DNA of 58,439 nt from assembly GCA_032718475.1 (NCBI GenBank), contig JAUCBJ010002871.1, positions 1-58,439 on the forward strand, read 5' to 3'. This DNA comes from Nemertoderma westbladi (Eukaryota; Animalia; Xenacoelomorpha). Below are positions 25,001 through 35,900 of the stretch, piece by piece. Below the pieces are notes generated by a model. It was not told the origin of the DNA. It saw nothing but the letters and a program-made list of their open reading frames with translations, and did no database searches. Made by a program: the position numbers and the translations under genes. Position 1 is the stretch's first letter. Every line of letters starts with the position of its first letter.

Positions 25001-25686
25001 TCAAGAGTTGATGCTCACTACTCAAGACCTTCCAAGGAATACAAGAGTTGTGGTTATTAGATCATATTTTCGACAGCTCAACATGGATAATCGGTATACG
25101 TGGAACTTTGTCAGCATTTGTGATCGGATCACAAATGGAATATTTTCAGAGACCAGGAAAGTGGTGCACACGTGAGGCGATTGGAGGATGGCAGCCATCC
25201 AATATAGGAACGAGTTCCTATCAACGCATTTTCGTTTGGGGTCATTGACTGCTTAACGGGTAGAGGAACAAAGAACTGACACGCCCACAGTGACGACAGC
25301 CGGAGCCCATGGCTTACGGCAAGGTGCTGACGGAGCGGTTCTTAGTAAACGTCAAGCTAAGGATGCTCAATATCATGGAATCATTGACGCACAGCGGCTG
25401 CAGCAAAAGGTGCAGGGGACGTCCGAAAGGGCATGTGTACAGCTACAGAAGGAGGAGTTGGCGGAGTTACCCACAGTGATGCGGCAAATGGGGCAATTTC
25501 GAGGATGGAGCTTTAGTCGGGAAACCGTTAGCGCTCAAGGATTGTCTTCATCACCAATCCCGGGAAGCGAGGCCTTCACGACGCCATCAGCAGAATCTGC
25601 CGGGGGCAGATTGGTATATTTGGGATGAGGCCGGAAGAGGGGAGCAAGCCCAAGAGACCTGGGAGCCAGCTGGTAATGCCACATGA
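22086..25686 (+). pseudogene. Disrupted accessory coding region of element B (includes a 325-aa ORF at 23621-24598 and a triple Zn-knuckle ORF at ~24601-25175)
   Basis: Chain of abutting or overlapping plus-strand ORFs with protein-like composition; RCTLCGSIRHSQKTC and QCGYCGVKGHCSSKC knuckles. Confidence 0.65.
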
Positions 25687-26081
25687 TGTCAGCAAGTGAC
25701 AAACTGTAGACATATACATCATCATCACTCTGATGTATATTGTAGGCAATAAAATATATATTGGACCAGACTTAATAATTTGAATATATAACTGGAATTA
25801 TACTAAAGTATATTGGAGGAGGTGAAGGAAGTGATTGGGGAGACAAACCCGCGGGTTTGGCTTACTCCTTTCACTTACCTGAGCAAATCACCCAAACCAG
25901 GGTGATTTGCGTTTTTTATATAATTACGTGAAGTTCCAAAATGAAAGAAATTATTATGTATTTTTATGTTTTGTTTAATTATTGGCCTTAAAACGCAATA
26001 ATATTTAGTTTAATAGTTAGCCTCCAACATGTTTTGTAAAATTTTAGTTCCTTTGTTATTATTCTTCTCTATAATTTGATT

Positions 26082-27934
26082 ACCACCACAACTCCCTATA
26101 CCCATGACATTTGCTAGATCATCCGCATCTTTAAGGCCAGTGTCCTTTAAGATGCGTCTCAAGAAAGTCATGGGCTGTCCACTATGCTTATTCACTCCAT
26201 GAGGCTGCCAAAGTACAAGATTATGCACTGGCTGGTCCTCACGGCGAAAGCAATGTCCTGCAAAGCAGAGGCGATTTTGTTCTAGTGTCAAGCTTGGGGG
26301 AAACAATGAGACACCTCCAATGTTATATAGTGTCTGGTTGGAGATGTGTGCATTGTACTTGACACAATGAACCAGGCGTAGCATTCTTGTGAATGTGCCA
26401 TCCAGAGATTTGGTGTCCTCAGCAGTTAGAGCCCAGCATGGACTCCCGTAGAGGAGTACTGGAACTACTGCTGCTCTAAATAATCGGACCTTAAGTTTCC
26501 GATTAATTCTCGGTGACTTCCAAATCCTGGAAAGCCTATACAAGGCTGCCCATGCCTTTCCCTTACGTATTTGAAGGTCCTCACCTGACTTCCGGATCCA
26601 TGATCCCAGGTAACAGAAGTCGTCCACATGCTCAAGCATACCATCCTTTGAGCTTATGCTCATCCAATCAGAGACTTGCTGAGGACTTTCAAAGTTAACT
26701 GTCAGAATTTTGGTCTTTCTGGAGTTAATAAAAAGACCAACACTAGAAGCAGCATGTTCTAATGAGCTGAGGAGCCGTTGGGCTCCCTCTAATGATTCTG
26801 AGAGTACTCCTAAATCATCAGCAAAGTCTAGATCAGTTAGGTACTTGGCAGGATTTCCTTGACTTCTCGAGCCCGTAGGTGGAGTTATCATCACCCCATC
26901 ATCATTATGATGATCTAAGGACATGCGTAGAACATAGTCAACCACAATAATAAACAAGAATGGTGCAAGTGTGTCTCCTTGGAGGACGCCCCATAACACT
27001 TCAAATGGTTCTGTGTCACCGTCAACAGTAGACACAAATGTTGTCGAACCATAGTATACTGATCTGATAGCTGCAATAATTTCATCAGGAATCCCATATA
27101 ATGAAAGTATGCTGAACATACGTGAGCGAGAGACTGAATCAAAGGCCTTGAAGAAGTCAACAAAGATAACAGCCAGATGCCTGTCTTTCTTTTTTGATAA
27201 TTCTTCAATTATCCTTCTAAGTGCCAAAATGGGCTCCATGGTCCCACGACCTTTACGGAACCCATTCTGATTTCCACGGAGCAGTCTCTCAATGGGATCC
27301 CTGATGCGATTTAATAGAATCCTATTGTATAGCTTTGCAGCAATCGAGATCAATGAGATTCCCCGAAAAGAACCATAGAGTGTTAGGTTGCCCTTCTTGG
27401 GAACTGGCACCAACTTATTTGTTTTCATTTCTTGTGGGACTCTTGTTGTACGGTACATGTCTACTATGATGGGATAGATGAGCTTTAAACACTCAGGTAT
27501 TTTAAAGACCTCAGGGGGAACACCATCTACTCCACTGGCACGATTGGTCTTAATGCTCTTTGCAGCAGCCTTCACTTCTGCAAAGGAGATATCGCCAATG
27601 GGAATATCTGGGAGTACAGACTCAGACACCTTTACTTCTATAAAGTTATCAGGCAATACCCTGTCATTATTGAGGAGCTTTTCAAAGTGGGCTTTCCAAC
27701 CATTGAGGCGATCGGCTGGTGATTCAGCCTTAACCTTGGTGGTTGGTTGGCTTTTCCGCCCAGTAAGCAGATTGATCGATTTCCATGCCTGGGATGATTG
27801 CCTGCTGTCGTCAGCATCATTGATGGCATCAACCTGTTGGTTTATTAGCTCCTGTAGATTAACAGAGTACTGCCTGTTCAGGGACCTAGATGCAGCCTTA
27901 ACTGCATTCTTGGCCGCTGTAGTCTGTTTGAGTC
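26082..27934 (-). mobile_element. RTE-clade LINE family 1 fragment, truncated at both ends
   Basis: ORF 26010-27656 has a complete RT domain near-identical to copies 1 and 3. Alignment ends at ~26082 and 27934; no tail. Confidence 0.92.
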
Positions 27935-28187
27935 AAATTGTTGTAGTAATAAGTAACTTAGTAGAGTGGAGGTGTCTGTATTGGTGTCTCGCGTGCTATT
28001 GTTGGACGCTAATACAGATAGTTCTGCATTGCTGGGTGTGCAGCTTTGTGGAAGTGACCCTTATCCAGAAATAATAACATTTATTTCAAACATTGTCAAA
28101 ACCCATTGTACGGGTATATATATATTATAAATCAACTCAAACCGATTTATAAAATAGTAGGCCTGTTATACATAAATTAGGTCTTAA

Positions 28188-29255
28188 CCCTATTAAACCC
28201 GGGGGGGGGGTCAATATGACCCCCCCCCCCGTGGTTTTTTTATTATAATTCTGAAACAAACGCAGTTGGGAATCTGAAATTTAATGACTTTTCCTAAAAA
28301 TCTATTGTCTTCCTAGAAGTGAAAACCGTTTTCAAAAATATTCGGTACTTTTCGAGTTATAACACCATTTTTTAACCCTACTTTTGGCACTTTTTTTGAG
28401 ACGTTTTTTGAAAATTACATTTCATTAAATATGAATTGTAACATCTCTATTTTTTATTTACACCGGTTTTTTGGTGTTAGAAATTTGATGGAATTCATAT
28501 AAATTGATTTAGAAATTTCAAACTTGTTTTTTTCGGTGGGTGCCAAATTTTGGTGTCAGCACCAAATTTTGAATTATGTCAATTTTGTAAATTGATTGTT
28601 TGAAACTTGTTTTTTACGCAATTGGGGTTTTTTGGGGTTCTGGATTCGATGAAATATATACGAGTTGCACCAAGCGTATCAAACTTGTATTTTTCGGTGC
28701 TGTGTGCAAATTTTGGTGCTAGCACGAAATTTTGAAAATTCATTCGATAGATAAAATTGCTTGTGACAATTTATTTCTTGCGTTTTAGAGGTTTATGGCT
28801 ATTCTGAATTCAATGGAATAAATAATTATCGAACTAGACATCTCAAACTTGTATTTTTCGGATGTGGGTGCAAAATGTGGTGCTACTCACTCATTTTTTT
28901 CCTACGCAGAGAGGACTAAACGGCCATTTATAGTAATCATATCATTTTTAAATATTTTCCAATGTATTTTGCACCCCAGAAAACCTGTATTGAAAAATAA
29001 TTAGCCGAAAATGTAACTTTCAAATTTTGTGAAAATTGTGAAATACTTGTAATTTTGGTGCTGCAATATAACCACCCCAGTACAATTTTTCGAAAATGTT
29101 TTTTTTCGGTCGGATCCAGACAAGTGATACCTACGTACAAACAAAAAATCAGACGTTTTCGTAAATATTTGTAGATTTTAGAGGGGGGGGGGGGGGGGTC
29201 AATATGACCCCCTCCCGGTATTTGTACAGCATTTTATAGCCCGGTACTAATAGGG
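28188..29255. mobile_element. Non-autonomous piggyBac-like DNA transposon (MITE), short copy
   Basis: TTAA TSD (28184-28187, 29256-29259), TIR CCCTATTA..CCGGG, subterminal G(n)TCAATATGAC(n) palindromes. Empty site visible in element A at ~17451-17470. Confidence 0.9.
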
Positions 29256-29349
29256 TTAATATCAGTTGGACTACTGCTTAATAACAGTAATAAAGCAAAG
29301 GAAAGTAACCCTAAAATTCAGAAATTCAGTTATTATAAAATAATTGACA

Positions 29350-29840
29350 TTACCGGTATTTAAGGTAGGCTTATTATATGTATTTATATAAATTTAGGCT
29401 GAAATTATATACCGGTATTCTGTAACTAATCCTAGTCTATAATAATACTTATATATATTATAGGTGTATACCGGTATTTACAGCAAGCTTATTATATTTA
29501 TTTATATAAATTTAGGCTGAAATTATATACCGGTATTCTGTGACTAAATCTAGTTTATAATAATACGTATATATATATACTGTAAGTGTATACCGGTATT
29601 TACGGCAAGCTTATTATATTTATTTATATAAATTTAGGCTGAAATTATATACCGGTATTCTGTAACTAATCCTAGTCTATAATAATACTTATATATACTA
29701 TAGGTGTATACCGGTATTTACGGCAAGCTTATTATATTTATTTATATAAATTTAGGCTGAAATTATATACCGGTATTCTGTGACTAAACCTAGTTTATAA
29801 TAATACGTATATATATACTGTAAGTGTATACCGGTATTTT
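29350..29840. repeat. ~119-bp tandem repeat (about 4 copies) in the leader of element C
   Basis: ATATACCGGTATTCTGT... units; diverged homologue in element A at ~17100-17360. Confidence 0.85.
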
Positions 29841-29973
29841 AATATATTATATATATCACGTTACACTGAGCAACGGTATCGGTAATTAATTACTAGGCTT
29901 ACAGTTGATACTGAATTACTAGACTTACTTTAACTGTCGTTATAGTAGTAGGCATTCAACTGCAATATAAATC

Positions 29974-32900
29974 ATGGCTGACACAAAGCAAACACTGTTA
30001 GATAGTCTCCTAGAAAGAACAGTCTGTGACTCAGATAGAAGTGTAGAAAATCTGAGACCGAAGTCCAAGTCCCCTCCTACTGTAAGAAAGGTCATCCCTA
30101 CAGTAGTAGTATCAGACCATAGGCTAGTAAAGCACCATAGGTACCTAAAGAGGTGAGGTCTCTATAGGGGTGCCTATAACAGGTGGCGGCGGACTCATGA
30201 GGGTCTGGGGGCACGTTAAATTGGTGTTATAGTGCATGGGAGTCACTGAAGGCCCTCGTGTCTTACGAACCATGAATCAACATGAAGCCGTGGTACCATC
30301 TAGACGGCCTGTTTCCGTACTGCTAGTCCTGTACACAGTAGGGGTGGTGGCTTAGTGTGATCTGTGGTCTATGTGGTGTCTATGTGTCTATGTTTGGTAT
30401 GTATGAGTTGACCAGACTCTTTACTGTCTCCGATCGGCTGCCGAAACGTGTCTTTTCCCAGGGTAGCACTATTGGAATGGAGGTGTTGCATCGGAATGGG
30501 CAGGATTCTGATGATTCTGTTGGTACTACTATTGGAATGGAGGTAGCACCTGGAATATCTGCTGCAAGGAGGGGTTGGTGTTGTAGTGTGGTCCGAGTGA
30601 ATGATACTCTGGAATCTGTGGTTTGTGTGTGGACGATCAGTGGCATTTGGCTTGAGCTTTCTGTTGCTGTGTGTACGTGGTATACGTGAGTGTGTGTATG
30701 GCCACTGCAAGTGAGTGTGGGAAACCTTGCCGGTTGGTTCAGTCGCCGCTGGTTATTAGTAGGACCATATCTTTACTGCGCCCCAGCATACTTTGTGCAC
30801 ACAAAGTTATTTTGCCCTGACGGCAAAATAAGGTACTCTCGACTCTTTTATAAGTCGATACAATTTTGTCCCCTCTGATTTTGTCACCGATTCGTCTTTC
30901 CCGATTATGACCTCTGTGTGTGCATGGTATGTGTCCGATTTTGTGTTTACCGTTGTGTACTTGATTTCGTGAGCATCTGTTGAGTACACGTGTACAGTGA
31001 CTAGTAAGTGGTGACTTGTTCTTAGCATTTAAGCTAGACAGTATTGTCTACTGCTGGCGAGCCAGGTGAAAACGTGTCAATATTCCATGTTGGGTAGCGC
31101 AAGCCCACTTGGGACAAGACCGTCGGTTTGGCTCAAGGGCGACCTTGATGCTCGATTGCTATCGACTGGTCCACCCGCCGGTTGACTCTCTGAGTTGGCT
31201 CAATGTACAGTCAGGCCACAGTAAGTTGACAGTAGCCGACCATCTGGCTACACCGACGAGCTGTGCCGGTGTGATCGGGGGATTGAAAATTGAACCCGGG
31301 AAGCATCGGGCTACCCTCCGGCCCGGTCTGATAAAAATGGAGTCAGACTGGCCCCAAGGGTGGTGGGAAAGCGTCCGCCTTGTGGGTGCGCCTCGGGGAG
31401 GAGCCCAAAATGACGCAAGCGCTATCATAGGCACTAGGGCTCAAGTCAAGCGGGACCAAGAGGCAGCTGTTAAACAGCAGCAGCACCCGAACCGAGAACT
31501 TATTTCTCAGCGGCCCGATAACTCCAGTAGCTCAGACACTGTAGAGTTGACACCCGAAATCGGAGCAAGGATGGCAGAAGTGGTTTATCCGGATCCACTT
31601 CTAATTCTTCCTGGAGCTGTACTCACTAGAGTATTGATCGCTGTGGAAGAACATCAAATCGATTGGGTGAGAAGTAAGCGATTGACCAGGGACAGTTATG
31701 CGGGATATACGATGGAGGAACTGAGGTCCATTGTAGAGGCGCAATGGAACTTCCCCGGAGCCAGACTCAAGTTCAACTTATCGGAAGCTGCCTGGGAGAA
31801 CTTATACAGGATGGGAGTAGTAAAGGATACTCGAGATCCAGCAGTGTATGTGGCAGCAGGGGCAGCAGGATATGTACAGGGATTCTTCAGTTCTTTAGAG
31901 CGATTAGAGGAGCACCTGTTTCACAACGTCAAGGACCTCAAGATCAGGGAGAGCTGCTTTATCAAGTTTGAGAACGAATCTTAAGAATCAGACTAATCCT
32001 TTCGGCCTTTGAGGAAGCCTCGAAGAGGAGCCAAGACACGTCGTTGCAAGTTGCTGTAAAGACTTGGTTCCAATGGGTGAGTCTTAAAGTCCAAGGAACT
32101 ACACAATGGAAAGTTCAGCTAACTGAGTGCACGACCAAAGGAGAATCAACAGACGCTACCTTTTCTCAAGTGGAAAGCGAAGCTACATCCGAAAAACCTC
32201 AGAAGAAGGATGCTATTGACATCTATCTGTCGGATCAACGATTTATAGGTGACAAAGAGCTAAGGAGACGGCTAGCTGAACTTCATCCTAATAGTGAGGG
32301 AGCCAAATTTGTGTTGGACTCGTTAGATGCGGAAATATTAACCGCGGAGCAGGCTAAATTTGATAAAAGCATCCTCATGGTAATGGATCAAGAAGAACAA
32401 TTAAAGAAACGGCAAATAAAAGACCGAAAGTCAGCAGCAGCGGCGGAATCTGAAAGAAACGCAGCAGGAGAAAAGTGGCAGCGGCAGAGGCAGAGGCTGA
32501 AAGAAAGGCGTCAGCGGCAGCGGCAGCGGCAGAATCTGAAAGGAAAGCGGCAGTGACAGAAGCAGAACTGAAAGCTTCTGAAGCGACTACCCAACTAGAG
32601 CTGGAGAACCTTCAGGCGAAACACGATTACTTGAAGAAACGGAGGACAGCTGCTCAGATGCAGTTGCTAAGTAGATCTACTCCCAGGAGACAGGGATTTA
32701 CATCTTCTGATGAAGGCGATACAACCGATCCTGAAGGCAGAGGAAATAGATCTTGTTCCATCGGAAGTAGAAGAACGCCACACCGTCAGAAATTGCCTAA
32801 TTTGCCCCCAGCTGTGTGAAGGCAACTAGCTAGTGTAGACTTAGGTAATACAGAAACCACAGACCAAATTATTAGGGTAGACAGACTCCCTACTATAGTG

Positions 32901-35900
32901 GATGAGCCTGAAATAATTAGGCCTGTTCTCGAAGCCACCCCCTCTGTGATAGAGACCCCTGTACTTTCAGAACCTAACTCTAAATTCCCTTTGCACAGTA
33001 CTAAACTACCTGTGCACAGTAGAACAGCCCCTGAATCAATCCCGGTCCTGTACGCCGAGCGAGACATCAACGATTTGTCTCCCATTGTCCCTCGTCTACC
33101 CGCTACTATGTTGGCGGCTCCCGCTTCGGCGGTAGAGTGGGTGGATGAGGGACGGTGGGAGATGGGTCTCCTGCTCGACAGCTGAGGGAACATCGTATAT
33201 GTTCCTCCCAGCAGGTCCGGGAGTTGGAAGGGACTGTTCAGCAGTTAAAGGGAACAGTAAGAGAGGGTAGGTTAGAGTTGCAAGAAGTGCAGCAGAGTAT
33301 CGCGTTAGAACGCGATAAATTAGTAAATATACAATTGGGTATACCACCACCCCCTGTAACAATGTGTCAACCTGTTAGGTCTGAAGTATTTCATGCGCAA
33401 GGTGTGGAGCTTACACGCATCTATACTGCTAGTGAAGTAGAAACTCCTACAGTGGACCCTATTAAGGGTAATTATAAACCTGTTGATAATGATATTTCAT
33501 ATAGACCTGATCCTAATCCAAGAAATTTATATACCGATAATTCGATATTAAATAATACGATAGCCCAAGAAAGCTTTACGCGTCAAATGGCTAGAACCAA
33601 AGCCCGTCAAGCGGTAAAGGTGGGAGAGATCGTCAAGTTCAATGGAGATGAGATGAAATGGTTACCTTTTAATGAATATTATAAAGATAACATACAGAGT
33701 TCCATACTATCCCACAGAGAGAAACTTAGATTCCTCATCAAGTGCTTGGAAGGACCTCCCAAGTTAATGGCGTTAAAGTTTATTGGACATCCAAATGGAT
33801 TAAGACAAGTTTGGGAGACACTAAACATCAGGTATGGTAATAGGACTAACATAGCTAGGTATTTGTATGCGAAATTAGTAGCGCCTCAAAAGTTCCTTAG
33901 CAGCGGGATTATAGAGTTTTCCGATGAGATTCAGGAGATCTGTCGACAACTAGATTGCTTAGGTAAGTCTCATGAATATCAGAGTTCCATGGTTGTTGGA
34001 GCCGTAGCATCTACTTTGCCAAAGGGTGGAGTAGGTACTCGTTGGGACAAAAGAGTTCTCTATATGATGGACCAGCAACAAAGAGACCCTACCATGGCTG
34101 ATCTCATGTCATTCTTAAATGGAGAGGTAAGATTACAGCTCCTAAAGCAGTCCCGAGAGAAGACACCGGAGAACAAGTTGAGTGAAAAACCCGTTTCTAG
34201 GAGAAAGGTAACACCAGTGTGTTATACAGACGACGGCGAAAGCCAGACCTCCCACGAGGAGAACAGCGGGAAAGACACCGAAAGATCTTATTATGTCAAC
34301 AAAACACAGAAAGACGTAAGTAAATCTAAGTCTCGAACCAGTGACAGGAGAGAACAGGTAACAAAAACTCCTCCCACGTCTCCTAAGAGAATTCATAGAA
34401 GAAAGCCCGAAGAAAGAACAAGTGTGCCCAACACAACCCAAGTTAAGGTAAGTAACATCAAACCCAAATGTGCATTGTGCGACGGGCCCCATCGCTTGAG
34501 TGGATGTGATGAATTCTTGAAGAAATCCCTAAAGGATAGACGTGATGTCATGTGGGATAAGCGGTTGTGTTATAATTGTCTCAGACAAGGACACCAAGGC
34601 GGACCTGTTACTCAGACACGAGGTGCGCTAAGTGCGGCGCGAAACATCACATCTTGCTGCACACAGAATTTGATAGAACCCGCACGAGTCAGGTAAGTGA
34701 GTCCGAACTACATGTCCAATTTAGTGATATGAACGACACTGACCACAGCACTGAGATGTAAGGATTCTACACGGACGAATTCTCCGACGAAAACGAATCC
34801 TGTTATATGATAAACACCACAGTGTATCGAGCGCTTACATATGAGACTGAAACCGATAACGAAGCGCAACTGACTATTCCGGATCAACCACCATCTTGGA
34901 AAGCGCCAACTTCCAACGGCGGAATCCGGGAATTCCCAGTGGTGCAGCTGAGAGTCCACGGGCTAGGTAAGAGTTTTATAGTAAACACCCTCCTTGACTC
35001 CGGCAGTACAAGTACATTCATCGACAAAGAACTAGCCAAAGACATCTTTGCTGGACAACCCAAGTTCCGAACTAAGTTGAACCTTTCAGGAATTATGCAG
35101 GTTTGGAAATCCACAGTAGCTACATAATATTATGTAGGTGCGTTGTCCACTCCCCAGGACAAACTAGGAGAACACAGCATAAGGTCAGTAAAAATGGTGG
35201 CGATAAAGAACTTTGCTACCAGCCAAGTGGAACCTTACAACTGGGATGAAGACCATTTTACCCAGCAGCATGATATCCCTAGATTCCACACCGACTACCC
35301 CGGGGTACAGATATTGATCGGCCAAAATGCGCATGAGGCGCTAGAGACATTAGAAAAACGGCCTGCTCGACCGCAACCATTACAAACATATGTGGGAAGA
35401 ACGAGAGTAGGTTGGTACCTCACTGGACCTTCCCGTAGAACACTCATGGAAAGACTACCTAACGAAAAAATACATCAGGTGAGTGAATGGGAAGAAGAAA
35501 TCCGTGAGGGAGAAACCACAACTGAGGGAATACCATACTCCTCAGATAATGACGATATTAACCAATTATTCGACGAGGAAAATACAATCGACCTCCTCAC
35601 CGAAAATGAAACTTGGCGAAACCAAGTAAACCTGTGCCATCTCATCAATCATGGCGGACAATTCAACTACAACGACGAATTAAATGAGGTGATAGATCGA
35701 TACAACAATAAGATTCGCGATGAACACGCCGTACGATTCTTTACTCAAGAAGCAGTCGAACCTAATTCCTACGACAAGGCCCTGTCCGTCGAGGAAGAGA
35801 GAGCCAAGCAGATTCAGGAAACGACTACCCGTTTTCTTAAAGATCAAGGTCGTTATGAGATTGGTCTTCCGTTCCGACGGCGAGAACCCAACTTTATCAA

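Larger units (their letters stand above)
20527..26000 (+). mobile_element. 3' half of divergent BEL/Pao element B: integrase remnant plus ~3.6 kb of accessory ORFs; 3' LTR not identified, right boundary approximate
   Basis: ARRGLVKAFFSDNGT, WESLVRSIK, LNSRPI, LTPSHLL, FWEYWRDYYLPTI, RPVQDIVLLE are characteristic BEL integrase motifs. Confidence 0.75.

Noticed and set aside
31330-31421. HDV-like ribozyme at the end of the orphan insert
   Set aside because: Could not build consistent P1, P1.1 and P2 pairings by eye.
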